Shown: piece after piece, positions 1 through 11,850 of the stretch
How positions within the stretch are numbered: the stretch's first letter is position 1
Layout: every line of letters begins with the position of its first letter
Position numbers and translations under genes: made by a program
Source of the DNA: Squalus acanthias
Lineage: Eukaryota
Assembly: GCA_030390025.1 (NCBI GenBank)
Contig: CM059433.1
Coordinates: 14,882,001 to 14,946,000 of the forward strand
Length of the DNA: 64,000 nucleotides
Direction: 5' to 3'
Notes under the pieces: generated by a model
The model's database searches: none
What the model saw: the letters and a program-made list of their open reading frames with translations, nothing else
What the model was told of the DNA's origin: nothing

Positions 1-210
1 GGGGCGCTATTTAAAGGGGGCCTCTTCCTGTCTTTTTCTGTGGTCGACATTTATGCACCACTCGTTCTGAGAGAGAGAGAGAGATTCGGAGAGAGAGAGA
101 GAGAGACTTCTACATTGACTCAACGCTTTGTGAGGTAGTTTTGCCTAGTTCATCCTAACTTTGCTGCTACTTTCGTTGCTGTACCTCATTACTTTTCTGG
201 CAAAGAGAAG

Positions 211-1371
211 ATGGGGGCTGCAATGATTGGGGGCGTCGTCCTGCTCCAGCTCAATCGGAGCAGAGTGAGACGCAGACAGAGAGTGGCAATGATGGCCAGA
301 CGGAGGAGGCCCATCAGGCGCATGTACAGGAGAGCTTACCCTCCCAGGGTATATCGTGAACAGCTCTCCTACATCCACATGTCCGAGGAGCTGTGTTTGC
401 GAAGGCTGCGATTCAGCAAGGAGGTGGTCACTGAGCTCTGCCACCTGCTGCAGCCAGATCTGCAGCCTCAGCTGAGGTCCAGGACGTCTCTGTCGGTGGC
501 AGTGAAGGTCACAGTGGCCTTGAACTTCTACGCCACTGGCTCATTCCAAGCTGCTGTTGGGGACCTCGCCAATATCTCCCAGTTTGCGGTGCATCGCTGC
601 ATCCGGCAGGTCACCAATGCCCTCTTCACAAGGAGACGAGACTTCATCTCCTTCCCTATGACCCCAGACAAGCAGCATGACCGTGCTATGGGCTTTGCGA
701 GGGTAGCGGGCTTCCCCATGGTGCAGGGCGCCATTGACTGCACGCATGTGGCTTTGCGTGCTCCGCGAGAGAATGCAGAGGAGTTCCGGAACAGAAAAGG
801 GTTCCATTCCTTGAATGTGCAGTTGGTCTGTGACCACAGACAGGTGATTTTCGCTGTCAATGCCCACTATCCGGGCAGCTGCCACGATGCTTTCATCCTG
901 CGCCAGAGTACTGTGGCAGAAATTTTCGAGGCACCGCATCAGCCAGTCGGTTGGCTTCTGGGGGACAAGGGGTACGCATTGAGCACCTGGCTGATGACAC
1001 CGCTCCGTGCGCCAAACACCCCTGCTGAGCTGCGGTACCAGGAAAGCCAACAAGCAACGAGGAACATTATTGAGCGCACAATCGGCGTGCTCAAACAACG
1101 ATTCCGCTGTCTGGACCATTCCGGAGGAGCCCTGCAGTACTCGCCTGAGCAAGTTTCCAAATTCGTAGTGGTGTGCTGCATGTTGCACAACATGGCAATC
1201 CTCAGGACGCAGCCAATGCCACCAGGCCTTGCAGCACCACAAGAGGAGGAGGAGGAAGAGGAGGAACTGGCCGAGGACGATGATCAGCAGCAGCACCAAG
1301 GCAGGAGGGCGGCCCACAATGGTCAAACTGCAAGGGCCGTCCGTCAACGACTAATAGCAAGCCGCTTCTAG
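211..1371 (+). CDS. Harbinger DDE transposase (HARBI1-like), 386 aa, uninterrupted
   Basis: Catalytic motifs GAIDCTHV, LLGDKGY and RNIIERTIGVLKQRFRCL; ALNFYATGSFQ and CCMLHN; TATTTAAA at 8-15; AATAAA at 1533-1538. Confidence 0.93.
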   Translation: MGAAMIGGVVLLQLNRSRVRRRQRVAMMARRRRPIRRMYRRAYPPRVYREQLSYIHMSEELCLRRLRFSKEVVTELCHLLQPDLQPQLRSRTSLSVAVKVTVALNFYATGSFQAAVGDLANISQFAVHRCIRQVTNALFTRRRDFISFPMTPDKQHDRAMGFARVAGFPMVQGAIDCTHVALRAPRENAEEFRNRKGFHSLNVQLVCDHRQVIFAVNAHYPGSCHDAFILRQSTVAEIFEAPHQPVGWLLGDKGYALSTWLMTPLRAPNTPAELRYQESQQATRNIIERTIGVLKQRFRCLDHSGGALQYSPEQVSKFVVVCCMLHNMAILRTQPMPPGLAAPQEEEEEEEELAEDDDQQQHQGRRAAHNGQTARAVRQRLIASRF

Positions 1372-1665
1372 GGCCCCTGCCAGTGCTACAAACACGAATC
1401 AACCCAGCACGCAACCCCTAAGCCGGCCAAGGCACCAATAATTCCAACCACCAGCCATGTATATTTTGAATACAGAAACTTATTTATTGTACAAACTCTG
1501 TGTGTGTCAATTCCTCATGACAAACTCATAGAAATAAACACAAAAAAACAGTCAATAACATAACTGGTTCTCACAACCTGGAGATAATGTCCAAAACACT
1601 AAACAAAAGTTGGGCCATGAACCTCGGCCTTTAATAAAAAAATGACCAGCATTTTGGCACACCTC

Positions 1666-3488
1666 CTACTTTTTGCCCTTCGAGGGTGATCTCCTTCCCT
1701 TGCGCACTTCCCCCCTTCTAACCCTACTGCTCCTCCGTAATGGGACCTCAGTGGCTGCAGCAAGGCTGGTGGAAGGCTGCTGCTTGTCAGACCCTGACAC
1801 TGCAGATGCCCCTGAAGGACGGCCTCGACCACTTCTGGGCCTGGAGGGCCCGGCTGCAGACTGCACCAACTCTGCATGGGCGGCAGCAGTCTGTCCTACA
1901 GGCGGTGGCAAGTGCAGTGGAGAAGTGACAGTGTTGGCAGCAGGAATGCTGTCATCGTGAGAGAGGACAGCAACTCCCTGCTCGCCCGACACACTGGCAC
2001 TCCCACGGGGCAGCACTTCAGCATCCGGAGCAATTTGCCTGAGAACAGATTGCTGGCCTGCTGCGGCGCGGTGACAGCCCCAGGGACATGTGCACGAACC
2101 ATCGAGGATGGCAGCAGTCAGTGCTCGCGTGGCCTCAATCTGAGTCTGCATGAGAGCAGGCTCAGATGGGTTCCTGGCAGCCAGTGACTGAATTGCAGCA
2201 GTAAGCTTTAGTGTGGCATCCGCCTGTGCTACAGCGAAGTGCTCCACACTCCTTGCCAGTGCCTCAATGCATTCGGGCACCCTTCCCACTGCACCCATGA
2301 GCTCAGTGTGCATGACCACCGCCTGGCTGTTCATTTCTGCAATCAGCCGCTCCTCCTCTGCGTCCATTGCATTAGGAGTGTCTGGCATACTCTCCCTCTG
2401 GGGAGAAGGCTCCCGTTCTTCCCTCCCCCCCCCATGGCGTTGCTGCAGCCCGCTGGGTCCTGGAACTTCACCATCATCAGCCCCTTCCCCCCTGCTCCCC
2501 TCCGGGGAAGGCGTGTTCCCAGTGTGGCCATGGGCTTCCTCGGGAGAGGGTGGCACTGATGCTCCGGCTTCCTCTTCCTCCTCAGCTGCAGCATCACTCC
2601 CAGTGGCAGCTTCAGGGACCATCTCCTCAGCTGGTGAATCACCATCTGAAAGCAGGGAGGTACAAGAGTGGCTTTAGCGTGAGGACAGGGTGGCAGTAAG
2701 GGAGGAATAAGTGCAGCGAGTTAGCAAGTTGGATTGAAAGTGTCAAAGGCTGGTATTGTGAGGGACAAGTGGAAGGACAGAGGACAAAAAGGTGATGACC
2801 TTACCATTGCTGTCCACAACGGGGTCGGCGTCTCCAGTGGCGACGGGACCGATCACCCGGCTTGCCACAATCCTGTGGACGCGCTCCTCCAGATCGCTGA
2901 GGGGTTGCAGCTGAAGCCGCCCTCCACCCGTCCGTTGCTGCTGTCTCCGATTATGAGCCAGCTTAGCCTGCAAGAAAAAGGACAGCATCTGAGTCAATAT
3001 ACAGCCATGGTCTTGCCTGATGTGCCTCCCATAGGTGAATAGCCCTTACAATATACAGCCATGGTCTTGCCTGATGTGCCTCCCATAGGTGAATAGCCCT
3101 TACTGTATGCAAAGTGTGGAATGTGTGTGTGTGTTTGATGAAAGGGCCATAGGTGTTGGATGAGTGTTGTGCATTGGGGTTTTAAGACCCTCTGGCCATA
3201 GAGTGAGGTTGAGATGGAGGGATGGAGAGGTATTGAGAAAAAGCCACTCACCCAGACGACCCGAGTGAGGTCGTTGAACTTTTTGCGGCACTGGACATGG
3301 GTCCTGGGCACCATGCTCCTGGAGGAGACGCTCTGAGCCACCTCCCTCCACACTCTTCTGAACTCGCGTGGCAAAGGCCTCCTGCCACTCTCTGGGAACA
3401 GCATGCATCGTCTGCGCTCCACTGCGTCAACCAGAGCATCCAAGGCCCGCTCGGTGAAGCGATGAGCGCGTTCTCTCACCCTCTCCAT
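1666..3488 (-). CDS. Harbinger Myb/SANT-like (trihelix) DNA-binding protein; 3 exons (3488-3252, 2967-2805, 2645-1666), about 459 aa
   Basis: Exon 1 RFTERALDALV...WREVA...QCRKKFNDL; exon 2 AHNRRQQQRTGGG. Donors GTGAGT and GTAAGG, acceptors CTTTTTCTTGCAG and CTGCTTTCAG. Phases 0 and 1 join in frame with ORF 1666..2622. Basic C-terminus; - strand AATAAA at 1483-1488. Confidence 0.85.
2995..3103. repeat. 54-bp tandem duplication in intron 1 of the Myb gene
   Basis: CAATATACAGCC...CCCTTA present at 2995 and 3049. Confidence 0.9.
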
Positions 3489-4048
3489 GCTTGGCAGCAA
3501 AATGGATTACAGGTCTCTCCAGGCTGAGATTCAAGGCTGCAATGAGCAGGGTGTGGCTGGGGAGCAAGTGGCCCCCCCCGCTTTAAGAAGTGTCCGGCGC
3601 CAGTGTGTCTGTGTTCCCTCGCTAACTGGCAGCAGCTGCGCTGCGCTCGTGCGCTGAGTTAGCGCCTCACTCCTAGGCCTTTGCGCCTTAAGAGAGGTGT
3701 GCAGCGCCTAATTTAGCGCTCCACTCACCTCCCGGGGCGGTAAAAGTGAAGTTTCCTGTCAGTGCCGATAATTAGCGCCAGGCGCTAATATTTGCGCGCG
3801 GACGATATTTGCGCCCCAAATGGGGCGCGACCTAATTTCTACCCCGAAGTGTTTTAAAGGAAATTAAAATGAAAAAGTAGAATCTTATCAAGCCAATAAA
3901 GCAGTCATGTGCAGAAGTAAATAAATTAGGTATTCAAATAGCCAACATCATTAATTGGTGGCAGCTAAATCATTATATCATCTCATCTTCAAAACAGAAC
4001 ATTCGGGAAATATAGAACAGGTCTGTCAACATCTGAAAATAGAATAAT

Positions 4049-4940
4049 GGGGGAAAAATTCAGTTGGTTTGCGCCTCCCGTTAGCACCTTAAGAGGGCGC
4101 TAATGGGGCGCAAAGCAACTAGCGCCCGTGCGCTGCGATGTTTGCGCCGCTCATGAAATTAACTAGACATTTTGCGGCGGCGCTAAACACTACCACCACG
4201 ATCTTTTGCGCCGGCAGATCGTGACATCAGTCGAGTGTGCAACGCCCCGGTAGTGCTCCGGACTGGATATTGAGTGGCACCCCCTGCCTTACTGCCTGCC
4301 GCTAGCAACGACATGTTGAGGGGAGCGTTTTGCAGTCAGGAAGGGACTGGGGGAGCGCTATTTAAAGGTGAACGCTTCCTGCCTTTTTTTGTTGGTGACA
4401 TTTTTGCACCACGCATTCTGAGAGAGAGAGAGAGACTTCTGGAGAGATTCAACGCTGTGTGAAGGAGTTTTGGGTACTGAGCAGCACTTTGCAGGTTCAT
4501 TTTGATTTGCCCTTCCTTGTATCGATTTAGAAGAGACTGTGGGGGCTGCACTCTGAGCTCTTTCCCTGGTTCTCCCCATTGTTCTTTACAATAGATTTGG
4601 TGTGCAGGTCTCTCCAGGCCGAGATTCAAGGCTGCAATGAGTAGGATGTGGATGGAGAGCAAGATCAACCCTCCCCTTTAAGAACTGGCCGGCGCCATTG
4701 TGTCTGTGTTCCATTGCTGACTGACATCACATGAGCTTCGCCAGCGCTCTGAGGTAGCGCCTCGCTCCTCGGCCTTTGCGCCTTAAGACAGGTGTGATGC
4801 ACCTGATTTAGCGCTCCAATCACCTCCAGGGGCGATAAAAGCCAAGTTTGCAGTTGGAGGCGATAATTAGCGCCAGGCGCTAATCTTTGCGCCCGGCCGA
4901 TAATTGCGCCCCAAATGGAGCGATACTGAATTTTTCCCCC
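4049..4940 (+). mobile_element. Non-autonomous Harbinger MITE (internal-deletion relative of the 1-3845 family)
   Basis: Perfect 16-bp TIR GGGGGAAAAATTCAGT; interior joins the transposase 5' region to the Myb gene start and right end. Confidence 0.88.
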
Positions 4941-5433
4941 AAAATGTTTTAACATTTCAGGTGCAGGCCCTTTGTCCGATCTAGAAATTGGAAGATAAGC
5001 ACTTGACAATGTGCATGCACTTCTCTTCAGAGATGCTGATGGACCAGTGTATTTTCAGTTTTAATATCACATTTCTAGCATATACAATTTATTTTTTATT
5101 TTTTATCTCCATCATATCTCCTGTTTCACAGCTCCATTTTCAAAGTTCCCCTCACTCAACCCAAGACCATATCAATCTTCATCTTTTTAACTTCAAAAAT
5201 ATACCAGAAAACTAGTGTGCGTCAATAGTTGACATGTTTACTGTACAAAAATCAGCTACTGCATGCTCAAACAGTTCGACCTCATCGTTTATTCAACTTG
5301 TGGGAGCTGCTTCTTCTCAGCAACTTTGACATTCAGTGCTTAATTGGTTCTAAGTGGAAAGCAGGGAGGTAGTTCACTCAATCCCGAGTACACGGTTCTA
5401 CCAAGGCAATGCAGACCCACCTTTTAAAAACAG

Positions 5434-6202
5434 AAAAGTGACAGGCGACCGGAAGCTTGGGGTCACCCTTATGGACTGAACGGAGGTGTTCCGCAAAGCG
5501 GTCACCAAATCTGCGTTTGGTATCCCCAATGTAGAGGAGACCGCATCGTGTTCAGCGAATACAGTTTATTAAATTGCAAGAAGTACAAGTAAATCGCTGT
5601 TTCACCTGGAAGGAGTCACCTGTCACTTTAATTCTCCGCTCCACTCCCACTCAGACCTCACCGCCCTCGGCCTCTTACACTGTTCCAATGAAGCTCAACG
5701 TAAGCTCAAGGAACAGCACCTCATCTTTCGATTAGGCACTTTACAGCCTTCTGGACTCAACATAGAGTTCAACAATTTCAGACCATAACCCCTGCCCCTA
5801 TCTTTTTTTTCCATTTATTTATTTTTTCTCTCTCCCACATGGCAGCTGTCTTTCATTCTGCCATTACCATTTACACTTCATCTAGAACCATCTTCTGTTT
5901 CTTAACTTGTCCCATTACCATCTCCTTTTGCCTTGCACCATCATCCCTTTTGTCTCTTAACCTCTCCTGCCTTCCATCCTATCACAGACATTCCCTTTTG
6001 TTCTTTCCTCCCCTCCCCCCTTTCCCTACCCCTGCACTTGCTTAAAAACCTGTTCCATCTCCAGCTTTTTCCAGTTCCGACGAAGGGTCATTGACCTGAA
6101 ACATTAACTCTGTTTCTCTCTCCACAGGCACTGCCTGACCTGCTGAGTATTTCCAGCATTTTCTGTTTCTATTTCATATATCCAGCATCCGCAGTATTTT
6201 GC
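5434..6202. mobile_element. Penelope-like element 3' fragment with an inverted segment
   Basis: 5434-5615 is GIY-YIG coding sequence on -; 5616-6202 is the downstream part on +; homologous to 13444-14275. Confidence 0.7.
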
Positions 6203-6217
6203 ATACTGTATAATGTA

Positions 6218-7062
6218 TTAGTTGGTTGCGCCTCCCGTTAGCGCCTTAAGAGGGCGCTAATGGGGCGCAAAGCCGCTAACGCCCGGGCGCAGCGATGTTT
6301 GCGCCGCTCGGGAACTTAACTAGAGATTGTGCGGCGGCGTTAAAACTTATCGCTGCGACCACCTGCGCGCGCAGATTGTGACGTCATTCCATGGTGCAAT
6401 GCCCTTGTGGCGCCCCGGAGCGGAAATTGAGTGGCGCCCCCTGCCTTAGCGCCTGGCGCATCCAACGACCAGAAGACTGGAACGCTATCAATCGCTGTGG
6501 GGCTGGGGGGGGCGCTATTTAAAGGGGGCCTCTTCCTGTCTTTTATTGTTGGTGGCATTTTTGAACTACGCATTCTGAGAGAGAGAGGGAGAGACTTCTG
6601 GAGAGATTCAATGTTGTGTGAAGGAGTTTTGGGTACTGAGCAGCACTTTGCAGTTTCATTTTGATTTGCCATTCCTTGTATCGATTTAGCAGAGACTGTG
6701 GGAGCTGCACTCTGAGCTCTTTGCCTGGTACTCTCCATTGTTCTTTCCAGCACATTTGATGTGCAAGTCTCTCCAGGCCGAGATTCAAGGCTGCAATGAA
6801 CAGGATGTGATGGAAAGCAAGATTAACCATCCCCTTTAAGAACTGGCCCGTGCCATTGTGTGTGTGTTCCATTGCTGACTGACATTACATGAGCTTCGCC
6901 AGCGCTCTGAGTTAGCGCCTCACTCCTTGGCCTTTGCGCCTTAAGACAGGTGTGCAGCGCCTGATTTAGCGCTCCACTCACCTCCCGGGGCGGTAAAAGT
7001 GAAGTTTCCAGTCAGTGCCGATAATTAGCGCCAGGCGCTAATATTTGCGTCCAGACGCTATC
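6218..7062 (+). mobile_element. Second Harbinger MITE of the 4049-4940 family, termini eroded
   Basis: Colinear with 4060-4900; 6900-7050 nearly identical to 3650-3800. Confidence 0.85.
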
Positions 7063-7146
7063 TGCTGCCAGAAATATTTGTTAATAAAAAGGACATGAAA
7101 TTGGAAATTAAATCATTTTTAAAGTTCACCTGACAGTAGAGACAAT

Positions 7147-7865
7147 GGGATGGATTTTGCTGTAAAAATAACGCTCATCATCATTTATGCGCAAATCGGA
7201 TAGCGCCTTCTTGCGAGCACACATGCGCAGTTAAACTCAGAAATTCGGAAGTTGCTGTCCGAGATGCACTGCTCCTCTGTAAGCTGCGCGAAAACGGCTT
7301 CTCGCTGTCTGGCTCCCCATTCAAATGTATTGAACGACGTGAAGTTCCTGCCCTGGCATCGTAGATGCAAACTAAACTTGCCACAAGAAGTTAGGGCTTG
7401 TCCATTTCAGTCTAAGTACCATTTTAACAATGTGGTAAGTCTTGATTACTGCCAAACAACCTCTCTGGTACTGAAAATTAACTTTTACAAATGTGGAGTC
7501 TCATTCCATCAGATTTTAATTATTGTTGGAGATTTAAAAATAAATTAAATATTTTTAAAAACTTTTTTCTGTCTCTTTTATCGCTCCCTCTCTTAATTAA
7601 ATCTTTCTTTCCCTCTATTTCGCTTTCTGTACTGGCTTGACATTGAATTCACTATTCTAACTTACATTTCCTGGTTTAGACTCTGAGCTACTCAGTAATG
7701 ATTCTTCAATCTGATTGGTTAAGGAGAAACACAGTTGCCTGCCCTGTTGACAAAAGTCCCAGATGTTCTGTAGAAAGCGCCATGCTTTTTGGATGGTTGG
7801 CTTACAGCAACTTCCACTGCAAAAGCTGGCGTTGTTCGTTTGACGCTGACAGCAAAATACGGCTC
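7147..7865. mobile_element. Harbinger-type MITE
   Basis: Imperfect TIR GGGATGGATTTTGCTG / CAGCAAAATACGGCTC; AAT on both flanks. Confidence 0.65.
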
Positions 7866-8407
7866 AATGTTTACTGTAATGTTTAGTGATGCTGTAGGAT
7901 GTGTTGTTTTTCTTTTCCAGACTTTTTTGTGCTTCGATAGTTATCCATAGACTGGTTTCCAAGACTAGAAGCTTATAAAGACGATTACTCAGAGACCTGC
8001 AGCTAATTATTTAACAATTCAGTTTGTACTGACTGCTCAGCGAGTTTACGCCTTGCATTTGCTGCACCGTGAGTTTATCATACTGACTGAAATGGTGGCA
8101 CTGTGGTAGAGTTTGCAAAGTAAGCTATTGCTGCAACTAAGCCTGCACGCCAATTCTCTTCAAGATGCGACTGTCCTTTTAATTAATTTCACACCATGTT
8201 ATTTCCTTTCAATGCATGTGGCACCATTTAATTTCCAAAGCAATTAATATACCTACCTGTTTTAGCCTGTAAAGAAGGTAAAATTGCGTATGACAAAGCA
8301 CAATGTTGGAATATAGATGGAATAAACTCTAAAATTTATGTTGAGTACCTCCTTCTTTTCATGAATATGTCAGAACTACGATAACCAGCTCTATAAATCA
8401 TCACATT

Positions 8408-9149
8408 GGCCCGAAAATTAGACCTAATACGCGAGAGTACGCACTGTGTACTCTCGCGTTTTAGGTCTCCAATTGCCGGTTTCCAGCATGCACTGCGCAT
8501 GCGCGGGAAACCGGCACTTCGTGAATTCAAAAGGGGGCGGTTCCTAAGTGAACCGCGTGCGCACTGCAGGCTGCGCGCACGCAGTGCACTTAGTGCTTTG
8601 AACGCGCAGGTAAGCATGGAAGATGTTACACATAAAGAAAGGAGGCGTAAGACCCTCTTTTAACAAGGTAAGTAGTTAATTAAGTATTATTTAAAAAAAT
8701 TTTCAACAGGTTTATCTTTTTTAGAGACTTTAAAGAAAGGTAAGTTTATTTTTATAACTTTTAAAAAGATTTTAAATTTTTTCAAAAATTAAATTTTTTG
8801 TTTAAAGTGGTTAATTTATTTAACTATACTTATTTTATTAATGTCATGGATTTTTTTAAATTTAATTGAGATTTAGCTGTTCTTTTGGGGGTTATAGTAT
8901 TCATAGCTTTGACAGCTCTTGCTGTGAAAACTATGAATGAAAGATGGTGTGCTGCCATTGGCTCTAACTGAATCACGTGATCCCAGAGCTCGCACGAACT
9001 AATTGCGTCTCTGGGTCACGCAAGCACTGCACAGCTGCAGCCTTGAAACTAAAGTTCGTGTGGGCCCGGAGGAAAAAGGTAGGCGCGGAGTGAGATATCG
9101 CGGGGAACCCTTACCCCCGCGTTAACACTCAGTGTTTAATTTCTGGGCC
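8408..9149 (+). mobile_element. Harbinger-type MITE (relative of 44500-45243)
   Basis: TIR GGCCCGAAAATT / AATTTCTGGGCC; ATT duplication; colinear with 44500-45243. Confidence 0.8.
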
Positions 9150-9668
9150 ATTATTCCTAACCAATCATTTACATGCATGCGGATGGTTCATCAAAGCCTG
9201 CCTCTTGACTGATACACTTTTTTGGAGTGTCCCATATTCCTCGCAGGAATTTAATTTTGACTCGCTGCTATATATTGTCACTCAATATCTCATGTTCTGT
9301 CCATTAGCTGATTTTTTAAGTTTATTTTTCTCCCTAAATTGGTGCGGTCAGAAAATGATTCAAAATTAAATCCCTATCAATCTATTAATGAACTAAAGAA
9401 AAGGCATGTGGTTGCTGTTCTTTCATTCTATCTATAATCACTTTGAATGATCCCCAGCAAAAATATGTAAGCTTCACTTCACACAGATTTCACTTCACAA
9501 TCAACTTGGTTCTGCAAGTCTTAGAAAAAATATAATACTCATTTTGGTCATGAATTGCAGATTTAAGAGTTTTTGAGGTCGACCTGAGGTCGTGAAAGGC
9601 ACTATATAAGTGCAACTTCTTTCTTTCCAGGCCACGTGAAGACCCCTACTGTTGCCTACCCTCAAAAG

Positions 9669-10556
9669 CAGGGTTTCTCAACCGGGGGTCTGTGGCCCCC
9701 TTGGGATTCAAGAGAAGATTTCAAGGGGTCCGTCAGTGAATAGCCATTTCATGGGGGTGGGGGCCCTATTTGGGGAAGTTCGTGGCTGGGGGAGGGCCCT
9801 TGATTGGGTTAAGGGGGCGGGCCCTTGGTCGGGTTGAGGAACCGATTGCTAGGGAGGTTGCAGTCGGACAGGGATCAAACAGCTCAGCTGCCTATGGGAT
9901 GGCGTCAGGTAGGTGCAGGCTGCGTCGGTGGGCTTGGCTAGGGTGCGAGGGTCCCTGGCTGCCCCGGTGCGGCTGACTGGTTTCATTGGGTTGGTTACCG
10001 AGTCCGGGCCCCAGGCCCCAGGCCCCAGGCCCCGGCTTGGTAACCCCCTGAAACCGTTACCTGGAGGCTCCGAGGGTGCCGGGCCCGCAGCATTTCCAGA
10101 ACCTTCCATTGTCATTAAAGCCTAGTAACTGAATGTGTGACTGGAACTCGGAACCAATCCACCCACATACTGTGGAACAAACTGTCCCTCCCCCCACAGA
10201 CTGTGGAACAAACTGTCCCCCTCCCACATACTGTGGAACAAACTGTCCCCCCCCCGACAGACTGTGGAACAAACTGCCACCCCCCCCCCCCACAGACTGT
10301 GGAACAAACTGTCCCTCCCCCCACAGACTGTGGAACAAACTGTCCCCCCCCACAGACTGTGGAACAAAATGCCACCCCCCCTACAGACTGTGGAACAAAC
10401 TGCCCCCCCCCAGACTGTGGAACAAACAGCCCCCCCCCCCCCACAGACTGTGGAACAAACTGCCCCCCCCACAGACTGTGGAACAAACTGTTCAACGCGG
10501 AATTTTTATAACATGGGAGGGGGTGGCCTCAGAAGTAAAAAGGTTGAGAAGCTCTG
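9669..10556. mobile_element. hAT (Charlie-like) non-autonomous element containing a minisatellite
   Basis: TIR CAGGGTTTCTCAAC / GTTGAGAAGCTCTG; 8-bp flanks CTCAAAAG / CTCTAAAG. Confidence 0.7.
10160..10491. repeat. Minisatellite of about 30 bp: ACAGACTGTGGAACAAACTG plus a variable poly-C run, about 11 units
   Basis: Tandem units directly visible. Confidence 0.95.
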
Positions 10557-10571
10557 CTCTAAAGTATGTGA

Positions 10572-10767
10572 TGCGGAGATGCCGGCGTTGGACTGGGGTG
10601 GACAAAAATGAGAAGTCGCACAACACCAGGTTATAGTCCAACAGATTTATTTAAAATTACAAGCTTTCGGAGCTGTCGCCCCTTCCTGAGGAAGGGGCGA
10701 CAGCTCCGAAAGCTTGTAATTTTAAATAAATCTGTTGGACTGTAACCTGGTGTTGTGCGACTTCTCA
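10572..10767. mobile_element. Small Penelope-associated element in head-to-head (palindromic) form with a hammerhead core
   Basis: 78-bp inverted arms 10609-10686 and 10690-10767; flanking direct repeat CTAAAGTATGTGA at 10559-10571 and 10768-10780. Confidence 0.7.
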
Positions 10768-10789
10768 CTAAAGTATGTGAGCTGCCCAG

Positions 10790-11850
10790 CTCTGAGCTGG
10801 TGCATGCTAGGGTCAGAGCCAGGGACTCTGCATCTGCAGGAAGCCGCGCTTCTTCTTCCTGAAGTGGCACAGAGGCGTCCACCATTTCAACAATAAAGGA
10901 GAAGGACCAGGGTTAGCTTTCAGTGTAAAGGGAGGGCAGAGGAGAAGTGGCTGGTGAAAGCAGCTGCAGTTTGTCATGCTGATGACGCGCGTGATAGCCA
11001 GCACATTTTCTTCCACAGGAGACAGGATGTGCTGGTGGGCTCGGCCTCCTCCAGAAGTAGCCTCCTGCCACAAGTTGTGCAGAACCTGCTCTTACAAGAA
11101 AGAGCATTTGTGATATCCTTGTGAGGTGTTTAGAGAATGTACCTGTTATGGTATAATCATTCGTTTGGAGTGTGTAAGATGTGAGGTGTGGCGATGTGAG
11201 GGTTGCAATTGCAGGGGGTGTAGGAAGAGAAGGAGCTGGAGTGAAGTGTGGTGCAGTGATTGTACGAGAGTGAAGGGGAGGGGAGTATTGTGAGTAATGA
11301 GGGATGGGAGAAGCGAGAGCAATTGAGGTAAGAGGTAAGATTCTTACCTTGATAACTCTGGTAAGGTCATTGAACTTTTTTCTACGTTGCAGCCATGCCC
11401 TGGGAGCTTAGTTCCTGGCATTAACCGCCACTATAACCTCTTCCCACTGGCAATGGAAGCGTTGCCTGGAGGACTTTCTACTCCCTGGGGGGGGGGGGGG
11501 CGGGGAAACAAGATCTCCCTCTTCCTGTCTACCACCTGGACCAGAGTCACCAACATTGGAGAATTTGGTGGCCCGATCTGCAGGTCTCACAGCTCCTTTT
11601 TCCTTCAGACGCCTTCCTTCCTATGTGCAGCCAGAATGCATCCCCCCCTCCCCCCCCCCCCCCCCACCCCACCCCCTTTAGGAGGTGCTGGCTACCTTTA
11701 AGTGGTGTCAGTGAAGCCCGATTTCCTGCCCCCCTCCCCCCACCTAAGCAGGCATGAAGCCAATAAATAGCACAGGCAGTGCTGGCTGCGTGCCTGACTC
11801 ATTATACTGAGCTGCTAGCACCAATTTCATGTGGTCTCTGAGAATTTCTA
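10790..11850 (-). pseudogene. Decayed Harbinger Myb/SANT gene and element end
   Basis: Remnants resembling RKKFNDL (11370-11385) and ATSGGGRAHQHILSPVEE. Confidence 0.55.

Larger units (their letters stand above)
1..3845 (+). mobile_element. Autonomous-looking PIF/Harbinger DNA transposon (left end outside the window)
   Basis: Convergent HARBI1-type transposase and Myb/SANT gene. Right terminus ...CTAATTTCTACCCC preceded by a GC-rich subterminal block with repeated (T)TAGCGCC motifs. Both ends are homologous to the MITEs at 4049-4940 and 6218-7062. Confidence 0.9.

Noticed and set aside
211..1371. Domesticated host HARBI1 gene
   Set aside because: Intronless, paired with a Myb gene inside a TIR-bounded unit with MITE derivatives; it is a transposon.
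6340..6753. Conserved small ORF in the two MITEs (also 4358-4579)
   Set aside because: Leftover Myb gene start running into antisense transposase leader; the frames end differently.
10160..10491. CRISPR-like repeat array
   Set aside because: Spacers are only poly-C, there are no cas genes, and the context is eukaryotic; it is a minisatellite.
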